A DNA stretch of 64,000 bases from Candidatus Latescibacterota bacterium (GCA_963667175.2 CAXXXF010000016.1:434256-498255), one strand, 5' to 3'; numbered from the stretch's first letter, positions 30,719 to 41,572 are shown. A program made the numbers and translations. Notes: generated by a model not told the origin, from the sequence alone.

Positions 30719-32728
30719 ATGTCAATGCCATCGCCGAAATCGAGGGATTCCCGGGTGGAGACCACCTCCGGATCGGACGCAGTGAAAAATCGCGGCGTGA
30801 CCGTGAGGGCCATTGTCTACGGGCTCCTGCTTTCCGTGGCCATCGGAATTCTGGGCGACACGGTGCGTTATGTCCTGCACGCGTCGTTCATGGCGTACAG
30901 CCATATGCCCATGGGCAACCTGATCCTCACGCTGGTCTCGATCATCCTCTGCTCGCTGCTGGCCTACAGGTTCGGCCGGCGGTTTGTCTTCTCCTCATCG
31001 GAATGGATCACCATCTTCTGCATGGGGTTCATCAGCTCTCTGGGGCCTACCTACGGGATCAGCGGTTACCTCGTGGGTATCATGGTGGCGCCGCACTATT
31101 TCGTGACCCAGGAGAACGAGTGGGTAAGGTACCTGCATCCCTATCTTCCCGGATGGCTGATACCGGAAAACGACGGCAATGCAATGGCCTGGTTCTACGA
31201 GGGCCTTCCACAGGGCGCATCCATACCCTGGGGCGTCTGGGCCGTGCCTCTCTTCTGGTGGTTCACGTTTCTCTGCGCGGTCGCCCTGGCCGTAGCCTGC
31301 CTGTCCATCATCTTCCGCAAGCAGTGGTCCGAGTACGAACGGCTCGTCTTTCCGGCGATGGAACCCATCATAGAATTCACAACACAGGCGGGAACGGGAA
31401 AACGCCGGTTGCCGGAATTCATGAAGGGTAAGGCGTTCTGGGCCGGATTTATGCTCACCACGTTTGTTTTCGGCTGGAACATGATTGCATGGTTCTATCC
31501 CCAGTTTCCCCGGTTTCCCACGGCTTCCGCCCGGTGGGTCTTTTTTTCGCGTGACTATCCGCCCGGCTTTTTCTTTTTGAGTGCCGTTGTCATCTGTTTT
31601 TCTTACTTCGCCAGCCTCGAGATTCTCTTCAGCCTCTGGTTTTTCGACGTCCTATTCATTCTTGAGGGCGGCATCCTCAATGAACTCGGCATATCGGCGA
31701 TTTCGCCCTACTACGGCAGAGGTCGATATATCTGGCAAACGGCCGGAGGGTTCACGGCCTTCGCCCTCTGGGGGATCTGGGTCGCGAGACACCACCTGCG
31801 GGACGTCTTCGCGAAAGCGCTGAATCCGAACCGGTCCGCCCCGGACGACAGCACTGAGTTGCTCTCGTGCCGGCACGCCGTGCTGGGGCTTGTTGTCGGA
31901 TGTCTATACATGGCGCTCTGGCTGGCATGGATCGGGATGCAGGCAAAGGTGATTGTCCTCCTCATCCTTTGTATGCTCATCGTCTACACCACCGTTTCAA
32001 AAATGCTGGCGGACTCAGGCATCATCTACCTGAACCCACCCACGTCCGCATGGGGTCTTGTCAGCAGATTTCTGGGCGGTTCACACACCTATACCGCGTC
32101 GACCAAAATGGCGTTGAGCCTCTCCTCGCGGGCCGTAAACCACTATCGAGGCCTGTCCATGGGAACGATGGCCCATATCAACCGCCTCGCGGAGTTTCTT
32201 CCCACCGGAAAACGTCGGCTGTTCGGGGCGGTCTGCGGGGCGTTCGTGGTGGGGATGGTTACGTCGACGCTTTATACCGTGTGGCTCGGCTATACCATGG
32301 GCGGGTACAATATACAGCCCAACTGGCTGATCATCCACGCGGGCATCCGGCAGGTAACCGGCATTGCCAATTCAATCAAGGCCGTCGACAGCCCGATTGA
32401 GCCGGTCAACTACTGGTTCTTTCTGGCCGGGGCCGCCGTCATGGCAATTCTCAATCTGATGAGGTATCGATTCGTCTGGTGGCCGCTGCATCCCATCGGG
32501 TTTGCGCTGTCCGGCACCGCGCTTTCGAGGCTGACCAGCGCGACCATATTCGTGGCCTGGCTGGTCAAACTGACCATGCTCAAGCTCGCGGGCGCCGCCT
32601 TTTACCGTAAGTCCAGACCCTTCTTCATCGGGATGCTGGTGGGTTATATTCTCTCTGTCGCCTCCGGCGTTGTCGTTGACGCCATCTGGTTCCAGCCGGA
32701 TGGCCACGTGGTACACAAGTGGTATTAA
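30719..32728 (+). CDS. Large polytopic membrane protein (DUF6785/DUF6784-like)
   Basis: Many TM segments; RKQWSEYERLVFP, WWPLHPIG, RPFFIGMLVG motifs recalled for this family; start approximate. Confidence 0.8.
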   Translation: MSMPSPKSRDSRVETTSGSDAVKNRGVTVRAIVYGLLLSVAIGILGDTVRYVLHASFMAYSHMPMGNLILTLVSIILCSLLAYRFGRRFVFSSSEWITIFCMGFISSLGPTYGISGYLVGIMVAPHYFVTQENEWVRYLHPYLPGWLIPENDGNAMAWFYEGLPQGASIPWGVWAVPLFWWFTFLCAVALAVACLSIIFRKQWSEYERLVFPAMEPIIEFTTQAGTGKRRLPEFMKGKAFWAGFMLTTFVFGWNMIAWFYPQFPRFPTASARWVFFSRDYPPGFFFLSAVVICFSYFASLEILFSLWFFDVLFILEGGILNELGISAISPYYGRGRYIWQTAGGFTAFALWGIWVARHHLRDVFAKALNPNRSAPDDSTELLSCRHAVLGLVVGCLYMALWLAWIGMQAKVIVLLILCMLIVYTTVSKMLADSGIIYLNPPTSAWGLVSRFLGGSHTYTASTKMALSLSSRAVNHYRGLSMGTMAHINRLAEFLPTGKRRLFGAVCGAFVVGMVTSTLYTVWLGYTMGGYNIQPNWLIIHAGIRQVTGIANSIKAVDSPIEPVNYWFFLAGAAVMAILNLMRYRFVWWPLHPIGFALSGTALSRLTSATIFVAWLVKLTMLKLAGAAFYRKSRPFFIGMLVGYILSVASGVVVDAIWFQPDGHVVHKWY

Positions 32729-32860
32729 ACCGGACGAAGGCTTCGTGTGTCGTTATTCGGCGATCGGCATCCCTGAGGCGGCACGCTGCCGTGAGCCGGA
32801 AGTTCCAAAACGTCGAACTGACCTTGTGCCCGAAATCTTTCGCCTGATGCAGGTGTCTTC

Positions 32861-35800
32861 GTGAAAACCAACAACGTCGCGCTTGGTCTGTGCATCCTGA
32901 TCGCCTTTCTACTGTTGACCCTGGTCTCACCGCAGGCGATCACCGACCGCCTGTTCCAATGGTTCGATATTCGCTATCCGGAACCTCCGCCCGCCAGGGT
33001 GGCCACCGGGCAGCAGGAACTGGCCGATACCATCACAGACTGGATAACGCCCGCCGAAGTCGAGTCGCGTCTGCGCCGACTGGCCGAATCGGGTTCGCGG
33101 GTGGTCGGCTATCCGGGCCACGGCGCCGCGTCCCGATACATCCAGGCAGAATTCGAGCGCATGGGTCTGGAGAACGTCTCCATCGAATCCTACGACGTCA
33201 CGTCTCCCGTGGACAAGGGCGGCGGACTGCGCATCATCGGCGAGCCCGGCGTGATACCGATTCATGCGGTCTGGCCCAACCTTGTGCGCACGTCCACGCT
33301 GCCGCGCGCGGGACTGCGAGCTCCGCTGATTGACGGGGGCGGCGGAGAATTCGCGGATTTCAACGGCAAGGAGCCCGGCGGCAGCGTCGCGCTGCTGGAC
33401 TTCAACTCCTGGAACCGCTGGATGAACGCCTCCATGCTGGGCGCCCGGGCGATTGTATTCGTTGCGCCGGATTCCACCACAACCGCCGAAGCCGAGCAGA
33501 AGTTCTTCCAGGTTCCGCTCAACGCGCCGCGGTTCTGGATCGGCAGGTCCGACGGGGAACGCCTCCGGAGACGCCTGGCCGCCGGCGAGCGGATCGACGT
33601 GGAACTGAAGGCGCGAATGGACTGGGAAAGGCACTCCGCAGACAATATTATCGGCTGGATACCGGGTACGGACCCGCAGCTTCGGGAACGCGTGGTACTG
33701 ATCGACGCCTATTACGACGCGATGTCCGTTGTGCCCGCGCTCGCCCCCGGCGCCGAGCAGGCGTCCGGCATCGTGGGCCTTCTGGAAATGGCCGAATACT
33801 TCAAGGCGCATCCGCCCGCCCACACCATCCTCTTTCTGGCAACGTCGGCGCACCATCTCGGTTTTCGCGGCGTCTGTGACTTTCTGGGCAGACACGCCAG
33901 AAAAGAGGAACACTTCGCCGAACTGATGACGGACCCCATCGATATCCGGCTCTGGATCTCGCTGGATCTCACCTCGCAGACCGACCAGATGGCGGTCTGG
34001 AACGGCTCCACCGCGTTCTATTTCCAGCGTTTCTTCACGCCACTGGGCAAACGTTTCAGCGGCCATGGCGCGGACCTGGCGCCGGCATTCGGCATGGACG
34101 CAAAGAGGTCGCTTGTCGACGGCATCAACCCTCCTTCGGGCATGAGTTGGCGAATGTTCATCCCGGGCGGCAATCTGAAGACCGACTCGCAGGTGGTGCT
34201 CACCGCGGGAATGCCGACCCTGGCTTTCGTGACCATCAACGACGCGCGATTCAGGGTGGATACACCCTACGACACGGTAGACCACGTCAATCTCACCCAT
34301 CTGACGAATCAGATCAGGCTGCTTACGGCGGTGCTCAGCAAAGCGCTGAATGAACCCGATTTCCTGCCCGACTATCGCGTCAAGATGAAGGACAGGATGC
34401 GAGCCCTGAAGGGGCGCCTGCTTACGTTTCCGAGGCGCAGCATCACCCCGGACCGGCCGCGCAAAGGCGCGGTGGCGGTACTGCGAATGTCTTCCGAAAA
34501 AACCGTCAAGGGGGTACGCGCCATATTCTACGACCAGGCCGACGAGAACGGCGAGTTCTACGTTCCCGGTCTCGCGGTGCGCCGGGTCGGCCTGGACGCC
34601 TATTACCTCGACCCGGAGAGCGGTGAAATCACCTATGCGGCGGATCGGGGTCAGGCAGCGCGGATCTACAAGCCCGAATTCGGCATGGACTGGTGGATTA
34701 CACGCGCCACCCGCATCATGTTTCCCTGTGTGTCGACCGACTTCTACGAAACCGTAGATCCGCGATATCTCACCAAGCTCCCGAGCCTCTCCCTGTACGG
34801 CGACGGAAACACCGCCCCCCGGGAATACGGATATACCCTGGGTTACGGACCCAACGAACCGGTCGGCGTGGTCTTCACGCCCCCGGGCGTCAAGCTCAAG
34901 ATCACGATGCAGACGAAGGGTATCGGCATCCGCTACATGCTGCTGAATGCCACCGATACGACCAGCGTGGAAGCCGCGCGCAAGAGCGGATTCGTGGCCG
35001 CCACCCACGGCGCGATCACCCACACGGCCTATCAGGCCGCCAAAGACATGTGGGTCCTCGACCACGCCAGGATGCGCGAGCTCAACGACTACGGAATCGA
35101 AAACGACCGGCTTTCCGATCTGCACAACCGGGCGGGGGTGCATCTGGCGCGCGCGGACTCGGCCCGGCAGCAATTGCGATGGGACGACTTCATCAGACAT
35201 TCGCGCGCTGCGCTCGGCCTTGAATCGCGCGCCTATCCGGACGTGAAGGGGACGCAGAACGACGTGATCCGGGGCATCATCTTTTTCATGGCGCTGGTTC
35301 TGCCCTGCGCCTTTTTCGGCGAACGGCTGATTTTTACCGCGGTGGACATCCGTTGGCAGATCGTGGGTTTCGCCGGTATATTCGTGGTTATCTGGGTCTT
35401 TCTGTCCATCGTTCATCCCGCATTCGACCTTTCGAATCCTTTCGTCATCCTCCTGGCATTTGTGCTCCTGGCACTGGCCAGCTTCGTGATCAGCCTGGTT
35501 TTCTCCCGGTTCAACAGTCAGATGCGCAGCCTGCGCACCGAGGCAGCCGTTATCCACGACGTGGACGTGGGACGAATTTCCGCATCGCTGGCGGCCTTCC
35601 AACTGGGCATCGCCAATATGAAGCGGCGCAAGCTCAGAACGGCGCTCACCTTTAGCACGCTCGTCCTGCTTACCTTCACCGTGTTGTCTTTCTCTTCGAT
35701 CAAGTCCCAGCTCAGGTTTCACCAGATTTCACGGGACAATCTGGGCCCGTATCCTGGAATGCTCATCCGGAGCAAGTATTGGGCGCCCCTCGAGGAATCG

Positions 35801-37396
35801 GTACTGGACTATGTAAACGCCAACTTCGGCCGGGAAGCCGTAGTGGCGGCGCGCAGCTGGTACGCCTCCAAGGAAAAAAAGGCCATCCAGGTCGTTTCGG
35901 ACAGCGCGTCGGCCAACGCACTCGGCATTGTGGGGCTGACCGCACAGGAAACCGGCGTGATCGGGATTCAGGACTGTCTGTCTGTCGGTCGGTGGTTCCT
36001 CCCGGGCGAGCGGAACGTCGCCATACTGCCCCAGGCAATGGCCGACCTCCTAAAGATCGGAGAGTCCGATATCGGACAGGCCGAGGTCCGGCTCTTCGGA
36101 GAGCGATTCAAGGTGGTGGGTCTGATCGACGCCGAGCGCATGAAGGATCTCGAAGACCTCGACGGAGAGCCCCTGACGCCCGCGGATTTCGTTCTGACCG
36201 ATGAAAACGTGTTCATGCAGATGGCTCAACAGGAGAAACGCGAGAAAGCCGGCCTGGAAGAGACCGACGTCGAGATCATGGAATTCGAACACCTCGACCC
36301 GGCCAACGTCATGGTGGTGCCCTACCAGGCGCTAAGGGAAGTCAACAGCCCGCTGCAGGCCATCGCCGTGAGGTTCCGGGACCCAACGGTGGTCAGGCAG
36401 CGGGTGGAAAGCTTTATCTCGCGGCTCTCCGTCGTCCTCTTTGCGGGGGTCCCGGAGGTCTCGCCCGAGGGAAAGATCGGACGTATTGCCGTTTCCGTCT
36501 ACTCCTCTTTCGGACAGGCCTCGGCGCAAGGCCTGAGCAACCTGTTTATTCCCATTGCGATCGCCGCCCTGATCGTGTTGAACACGATGATGGGGTCGGT
36601 TTACGAACGATTCCGAGAAATCGGCATCTATTCCTCGGTCGGCCTGGCGCCCGTGCACATCGCCTTCCTGTTCCTGGCGGAGTCCTGCGTTTACGCCGTG
36701 CTTGGCGCGGTTTCGGGTTATCTGCTTGCGCAGGGTGTTTCAAAAATCGTGCTCTGGCAGGGGCTTCTGCAGGGCATCACCGTGAATTACTCCTCCATCT
36801 CCGCCATGGCCTCCTCCACGCTCGTGATGCTCGTGGTGATCCTTTCCACCATCTATCCCGCCCGCCGGGCTTCGCAGATGGCGGTTCCGGATATCACCCG
36901 ACGCTGGAGACTGCCGGAGCCGGATGCGGACCGCTGGGATTTTGAGTTCCCGTTCACCATATCCGGCAACGAAGTCGTGGGTCTGTTTACGTTTCTCACC
37001 AGGTATTTCGACTTTCATACGGAAAGCTCGATGGGCACGTTCTTCACGCACGGGGCCAACCTGTCCGCGTACGACACGAACCGGGGCCGCGGGTACCGGA
37101 TCGATACGACCATCTGGCTCGCGCCCTTCGATCTCGGGGTCAGCCAGACCATCCGCCTGACGTCCACGCCCACGGGCGCCTTCGGCATCCACGCCCTCGA
37201 GATTACCATTGACAGGCTGTCGGGCGACCTGGCCTCGTGGAAACGATGCAACCAGCGCTTTATGAACCAGATCCGAAAACAGTTCCTCATCTGGCGCACG
37301 ATCCCGGAAGAAAGCCAGCGTCAATATGGAAACGAGGGTAACGAACTGATCCAGGAGTCCGCAGCCCGCCTGGCGTCTGCCGGGGAGAACGCCTGA
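32861..37396 (+). CDS. Fusion of an M28-peptidase-like domain and an FtsX/MacB-like permease (1511 aa)
   Basis: SRVVGYPG, NIIGWIPG, DAYYD...PGAEQASG (M28-like); NMKRRKLRTALT and SVYERFREIGIYSSVGL...FLAE (FtsX-like); TM bundles. Confidence 0.85.
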   Translation: MKTNNVALGLCILIAFLLLTLVSPQAITDRLFQWFDIRYPEPPPARVATGQQELADTITDWITPAEVESRLRRLAESGSRVVGYPGHGAASRYIQAEFERMGLENVSIESYDVTSPVDKGGGLRIIGEPGVIPIHAVWPNLVRTSTLPRAGLRAPLIDGGGGEFADFNGKEPGGSVALLDFNSWNRWMNASMLGARAIVFVAPDSTTTAEAEQKFFQVPLNAPRFWIGRSDGERLRRRLAAGERIDVELKARMDWERHSADNIIGWIPGTDPQLRERVVLIDAYYDAMSVVPALAPGAEQASGIVGLLEMAEYFKAHPPAHTILFLATSAHHLGFRGVCDFLGRHARKEEHFAELMTDPIDIRLWISLDLTSQTDQMAVWNGSTAFYFQRFFTPLGKRFSGHGADLAPAFGMDAKRSLVDGINPPSGMSWRMFIPGGNLKTDSQVVLTAGMPTLAFVTINDARFRVDTPYDTVDHVNLTHLTNQIRLLTAVLSKALNEPDFLPDYRVKMKDRMRALKGRLLTFPRRSITPDRPRKGAVAVLRMSSEKTVKGVRAIFYDQADENGEFYVPGLAVRRVGLDAYYLDPESGEITYAADRGQAARIYKPEFGMDWWITRATRIMFPCVSTDFYETVDPRYLTKLPSLSLYGDGNTAPREYGYTLGYGPNEPVGVVFTPPGVKLKITMQTKGIGIRYMLLNATDTTSVEAARKSGFVAATHGAITHTAYQAAKDMWVLDHARMRELNDYGIENDRLSDLHNRAGVHLARADSARQQLRWDDFIRHSRAALGLESRAYPDVKGTQNDVIRGIIFFMALVLPCAFFGERLIFTAVDIRWQIVGFAGIFVVIWVFLSIVHPAFDLSNPFVILLAFVLLALASFVISLVFSRFNSQMRSLRTEAAVIHDVDVGRISASLAAFQLGIANMKRRKLRTALTFSTLVLLTFTVLSFSSIKSQLRFHQISRDNLGPYPGMLIRSKYWAPLEESVLDYVNANFGREAVVAARSWYASKEKKAIQVVSDSASANALGIVGLTAQETGVIGIQDCLSVGRWFLPGERNVAILPQAMADLLKIGESDIGQAEVRLFGERFKVVGLIDAERMKDLEDLDGEPLTPADFVLTDENVFMQMAQQEKREKAGLEETDVEIMEFEHLDPANVMVVPYQALREVNSPLQAIAVRFRDPTVVRQRVESFISRLSVVLFAGVPEVSPEGKIGRIAVSVYSSFGQASAQGLSNLFIPIAIAALIVLNTMMGSVYERFREIGIYSSVGLAPVHIAFLFLAESCVYAVLGAVSGYLLAQGVSKIVLWQGLLQGITVNYSSISAMASSTLVMLVVILSTIYPARRASQMAVPDITRRWRLPEPDADRWDFEFPFTISGNEVVGLFTFLTRYFDFHTESSMGTFFTHGANLSAYDTNRGRGYRIDTTIWLAPFDLGVSQTIRLTSTPTGAFGIHALEITIDRLSGDLASWKRCNQRFMNQIRKQFLIWRTIPEESQRQYGNEGNELIQESAARLASAGENA

Positions 37397-37488
37397 TGAT
37401 TTCCCGGTTCGCCCTTCCTCGCCCGGCGCCCACCCGGGCCCTCCGTTCGACGCGCAAATGCGCGCACGCGCCACGGAAGCCGTAAACC

Positions 37489-38787
37489 GTGCCTCTCGGC
37501 AGACACATTCTGGTTGAACTGTACGGGTCTCCCCCATCCGTACTGGATGACGTCATCCGCATCGAAGCGTGCATGGTTCGCGCGGCCCACGCGGCGAACG
37601 CGACCGTCATCAACACCGCCTTCCACCATTTCTCTCCCTATGGCGTCTCGGGCGTTGTTGTGATCCACGAGAGCCACCTGTCCATCCACACGTGGCCCGA
37701 ACATGGATTCGCCGCCGTCGATCTGTTCACCTGCGGCAATACGATCGATCCGTGGAAGGCGTACGAAGCGTTGAAGTCGGACATGGAAGCCACGCGGGGC
37801 ACAACCCGTGAAATTGACCGCGGACAACCCGACGCTCCGGTTCAGTGCGGCGCCGCGCCCGCGCAAATGGAGTCAAACGCGCCTCGTGCGCACGTCCGCA
37901 ATCTCTGGTTTACCAGGAGAGAAGAACAGATTGCGCTCTCGCTGCGGCACGCCGGCGTGCTTTTCCAGCGCCAGTCGACCTACCAGAGAGTTGAAGTCCT
38001 CGAAAGCTACGGGTACGGAAAGGTCCTGGTGATCGACGGGGCGATCGCGTGCACCGAACACGATGAGCACATCTATCATGAGATGATCGCCCACGTACCC
38101 ATGCAGACCCGCCCCGACGCCCGGCGAGCCCTGGTCATCGGAGGCGGCGACGGCGGGGCCGCTCGGGAATTGCTGCGATACGAGCAGATCGAGCAGGTTG
38201 TCGCGGTTGAACTCGACGCCGCGGTTGTCGAGGCCTGCAGGCAGCATTTCCCTGCCCTCGCGCCGGCTTTCGACGATCCAAGGCTCTCGCTGCATATTGT
38301 GGACGGCCTTACCTATATTCAATCCTGCCCTGCCGAATCCTTCGACGTCGTGATTGTGGACGTGGCCGACCCCTCAGGCGGGTCCCGACGACTCTTTACC
38401 GAGCCCTTTTACCTGCGCGTTCGCGAAAGTCTCTGTCCCGACGGGGTCATGGTGGCTCAGACCGAACCACCCGCGCTCAACGGCCGCGCGTTCGCGGAAT
38501 TAACCCTGCGTCACAAGTCGGTCTTCGGCCGCGCAAACGTACACTGCTATCTCGCCTGCATTCCCACGTATGCGACCGGACTGCTCAGCTTTTCCTATGC
38601 CGAAAAGCAATGCGCGGGCCCGCTGAAAACGCTCGACCCGCTGAGGGCCCGCCAATTCTCGGAAACACACGGGCTCAAGTACTACAACGAAGAGATACAC
38701 GCGGCCGCCTTTGCCCTTCCCACGTATATCAGACGTCTTCTTCGAGACGATGCGCCAACGCCCGTGGGTCCCGCGCGCCGCTGGTGA
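37489..38787 (+). CDS. speD-speE: S-adenosylmethionine decarboxylase-spermidine synthase fusion
   Basis: N-terminal LGRH...[28 protein letters not shown]; C-terminal [29 protein letters not shown]; one continuous ORF. Confidence 0.93.
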   Translation: MPLGRHILVELYGSPPSVLDDVIRIEACMVRAAHAANATVINTAFHHFSPYGVSGVVVIHESHLSIHTWPEHGFAAVDLFTCGNTIDPWKAYEALKSDMEATRGTTREIDRGQPDAPVQCGAAPAQMESNAPRAHVRNLWFTRREEQIALSLRHAGVLFQRQSTYQRVEVLESYGYGKVLVIDGAIACTEHDEHIYHEMIAHVPMQTRPDARRALVIGGGDGGAARELLRYEQIEQVVAVELDAAVVEACRQHFPALAPAFDDPRLSLHIVDGLTYIQSCPAESFDVVIVDVADPSGGSRRLFTEPFYLRVRESLCPDGVMVAQTEPPALNGRAFAELTLRHKSVFGRANVHCYLACIPTYATGLLSFSYAEKQCAGPLKTLDPLRARQFSETHGLKYYNEEIHAAAFALPTYIRRLLRDDAPTPVGPARRW

Positions 38788-38904
38788 TGGCCGCCGCGCC
38801 CTCTCCGAGGCGGTGTGTGAGGTACGCGTTGTAAAGCCGGATTACCGCGCCCCGGCACGCCAGCATGCCCACCAGCGATTCGAGCGGACTCGAGTACTTT
38901 CCAG

Positions 38905-38933
38905 TTGACAATACCCCCGGGTGATTTTAGCTT
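38905..38933 (+). promoter_or_regulatory. Sigma70-type promoter upstream of the RDD gene
   Basis: TTGACA, 17-nt spacer, TAGCTT. Confidence 0.5.
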
Positions 38934-38984
38934 CTGCAACACCCGCGTTTCGCAGTTCGCTGGAATGAATGGAGGGAATCGACC

Positions 38985-39530
38985 ATGGCATACGACCACC
39001 CCGCGGAGGTCCGGCCTGATGACGTCACCGGCGAAAGAACCGGATTCGGCAGGCGAGTCGGGGCATTTGTTCTCGATGTCATTCTCATTTTGATCGTCAC
39101 GTCCATCGCGAACTCTCTCACCGGCGAAAAAGCCGCCATCGACCCTTCGGACCCACACTATCTTTCCGTCCTGACCCGCATCATGGCGGGTGTGGGCTTG
39201 TACGTCGCCTCCATACAGCTTCTGTACTGTCTGATCGAAGGTCTTACCGGCGCATCGCCCGGCAAGATGTTTCTCAGGATGCGGATTCGAGACGCCAGCG
39301 GCGCGCCGGCGTCCATCGGTACGTTGATTCTTCGCATGGCTGTTAAACACGTCCAGATTGTCGCCACCTTCCTGGTTGTGCTGACCGGCAGCCAGTTGCT
39401 GGCCGTGGTCGGTCTGGCAGGGGGCGTCATCGTCTTTTTCGGATGCTTGCTCGCCATGAGCCCCGCCGGGCAGGCGCTTCACGACAAGCTGGTTCAGACT
39501 GCCGTATTTTCCGTGCGAACGCGCGCCTGA
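38985..39530 (+). CDS. RDD family membrane protein
   Basis: GFGRRVGAFVLD, GASPGK, QALHDKLVQTAV. Confidence 0.9.
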   Translation: MAYDHPAEVRPDDVTGERTGFGRRVGAFVLDVILILIVTSIANSLTGEKAAIDPSDPHYLSVLTRIMAGVGLYVASIQLLYCLIEGLTGASPGKMFLRMRIRDASGAPASIGTLILRMAVKHVQIVATFLVVLTGSQLLAVVGLAGGVIVFFGCLLAMSPAGQALHDKLVQTAVFSVRTRA

Positions 39531-39599
39531 ACCGTTTCCCGATGCCCGAATTCCCTCCGAGCGGGATGCCCCGGGGAGAATTTCGTATCTTCTATTGGA

Positions 39600-40367
39600 A
39601 TGCATGATGACTTGAGACGCGCAGGAGAACGTCCCGTGCCGCGGTCACACACGGTCGATACCCTGAGCAGCGACCTGAATCATCTCGGACTCGAGTCGGG
39701 CGATACCGTTTTCATTCACGCATCGTTCAAGAGCCTGGGACCGGTCGAAGGCGGCGCGCTCACCGTCGTGCGCGCTCTGGAGAATGCAACGAACCCCGGG
39801 GGCCTTGTCCTGATGCCCTCGTTCAATCTCCTGTCGAATACCCGGTTGCGGGCTGAAGCGTGGGACCCCGATACGACCCCCTCCTCGGTGGGCTGGCTCA
39901 CCGAGTTCTTCCGCGCCATGCCCGGCACGTTTCGCTCGGACCACTATTCACATTCCGTCGCCGCGCGCGGCAGGAACGCCCGGGCGTTCGTTGCCGGCCA
40001 TCGCGACAGAACAGGCCGCTCTTCGCCCTGGGACCGCGATCCGTGGGGCAAGACGTACGGCGACAATTCTCCGATGGTCAGGGCCTATGCGGCCGGCGGC
40101 AAACTGCTCATGCTGGGCGTTACCTATGAAACTTCAACCTATATTCACCTTGTGGAAGTCATCTGCTGGCACCGGCGCCGCGAGATCGAGCCGGATGCCG
40201 GATACGGCAGGATCGACCGCCCGGCGCTGGGGTCATACTGGGAGGGCAATGGCGCGCTGAACCTGGGGCGTGTGGGCGATGCCGAGTGCCGGCTGTTCCC
40301 CATCCGGACCTACGTGGATGCGCTTGTCGAGGAGATCGAACGCCGGCCGGAGGCCTATCTCAGATAG
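39600..40367 (+). CDS. AAC(3)-family N-acetyltransferase
   Basis: LGLESGDTVFIHASFKSLG, LMPSF, VGWLTEFFR, RSDHYSHSVAARG, LMLGV, TYIHLVE; start may be slightly downstream. Confidence 0.85.
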   Translation: MHDDLRRAGERPVPRSHTVDTLSSDLNHLGLESGDTVFIHASFKSLGPVEGGALTVVRALENATNPGGLVLMPSFNLLSNTRLRAEAWDPDTTPSSVGWLTEFFRAMPGTFRSDHYSHSVAARGRNARAFVAGHRDRTGRSSPWDRDPWGKTYGDNSPMVRAYAAGGKLLMLGVTYETSTYIHLVEVICWHRRREIEPDAGYGRIDRPALGSYWEGNGALNLGRVGDAECRLFPIRTYVDALVEEIERRPEAYLR

Positions 40368-40411
40368 GCTGTTTCCGCCGGTCGACTCGCCGACCGGCGC
40401 TTTTGCAACCG

Positions 40412-40438
40412 CCTGCCTTGCCTGCGGTAGCAGGCAGG
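40412..40438. repeat. Palindromic micro-element copy 1 (27 nt)
   Basis: CCTGCCTTGCCTGCGGTAGCAGGCAGG between CG and CG, intergenic. Confidence 0.65.
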
Positions 40439-40485
40439 CGCGAATACCGCTGGAGATTCCAAAACAGCTTCTGAAGGAGACTGTC

Positions 40486-40734
40486 ATGACGTCGGAACAG
40501 GCCGCGGCGCTGAAAGAAGCCCTCGAATCCATGATGGACGCGATCGGAAAGAAGGAACCGATCACGGAACACCTGCTTCATCTGACCGCACTCCAGCGGA
40601 AGCTCGCGTCCGTCTCATCCCCGCAGTTGAATCACTTCCTGCAGAACAGAAGTTATACCAAGGCGTTGGAATACCTCCGGAACGGAGTCGTCATCGAGGA
40701 CCCGCGTCGACCCGCCTGCGACGACGACGCATAG
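40486..40734 (+). CDS. Small helical hypothetical protein
   Basis: ATG after AAGGAG; MTSEQAAALKEAL...LNHFLQNRSYTKALEYL. Confidence 0.75.
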   Translation: MTSEQAAALKEALESMMDAIGKKEPITEHLLHLTALQRKLASVSSPQLNHFLQNRSYTKALEYLRNGVVIEDPRRPACDDDA

Positions 40735-40782
40735 TCGCGCCGTGCCCGATCGATCCTAACGACCACGCAGAGAGAGTTCACC

Positions 40783-41550
40783 ATGGTAAAAGGCATCCGC
40801 CAACGCGCGCTTGACCGCGACCTGGTCGCGGGGACGTTCCTGAATCTGGGTTCGCCGGTAACGGCCGAAATCGCGGGGAAGAGCGGACTCGACTGGGTCC
40901 TGATCGACATCGAACACGGCGCGTCAGACCTGGAAACGTTGCGAGTCCAGCTTCAGGTCGTCTCCGGCACGCCCGCCGTGCCCATCGTCCGCATTGCCGC
41001 CAACGAACCCCCGCGTTTCAAGCGCGTGCTGGATATGGGCGCATCGGGCGTGATGGTGCCTTACGTGAGCACGGTGGCCGAGGCCGAGCAGGCGGTGGCC
41101 TCGACCCGCTATCCCCCGCGCGGCATTCGGGGTGTGGCGAAGTTGAACCGGGGCAGCGAGTTCGGCCGCGATTTCGATGACTATTTCGAATCCTCCCACG
41201 AGTTCCTCACGACCGTCGTACAGATCGAAACCCCGGAAGCCGTGGACGCCATCGACGATATCGCGGTGGTAGACGGCGTGGACGTCCTGTTCATCGGCCC
41301 CCTCGACCTCAGCGTCAATCTGGGGATTCCGCAGCAATTCGACCATCCCAGGTTTCTGGATGCCAGGGCCAGGGTCTCCGATGCCGCAAGGCGAGCGGGC
41401 AAAGCAGCGGGTATCCTGCTGCTGGACCCCGGTCACCTCGACGCCGCGGCGCGGGACGGATTCACTTTTGTCGCGCTCGGATCCGACGGCGGCCTCGTCG
41501 CGGCAGGCATGCAGAACATCGCGGCCGCATTCGATCCTCACAGGGGGTAG
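40783..41550 (+). CDS. HpcH/HpaI aldolase family protein
   Basis: DWVLIDIEHG, RYPPRGIRG, VQIETPEAV, DVLFIGPLDLS. Confidence 0.92.
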   Translation: MVKGIRQRALDRDLVAGTFLNLGSPVTAEIAGKSGLDWVLIDIEHGASDLETLRVQLQVVSGTPAVPIVRIAANEPPRFKRVLDMGASGVMVPYVSTVAEAEQAVASTRYPPRGIRGVAKLNRGSEFGRDFDDYFESSHEFLTTVVQIETPEAVDAIDDIAVVDGVDVLFIGPLDLSVNLGIPQQFDHPRFLDARARVSDAARRAGKAAGILLLDPGHLDAAARDGFTFVALGSDGGLVAAGMQNIAAAFDPHRG

Positions 41551-41572
41551 CGACACGCCGCGGCGGCCCGAA

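Noticed and set aside
32927-35722. 931-aa minus-strand ORF
   Set aside because: Antisense shadow of the M28/FtsX fusion; no recognisable domain
39600-40367. Aminoglycoside resistance gene
   Set aside because: The AAC(3) fold is widespread; the context is chromosomal and metabolic; resistance cannot be inferred from sequence
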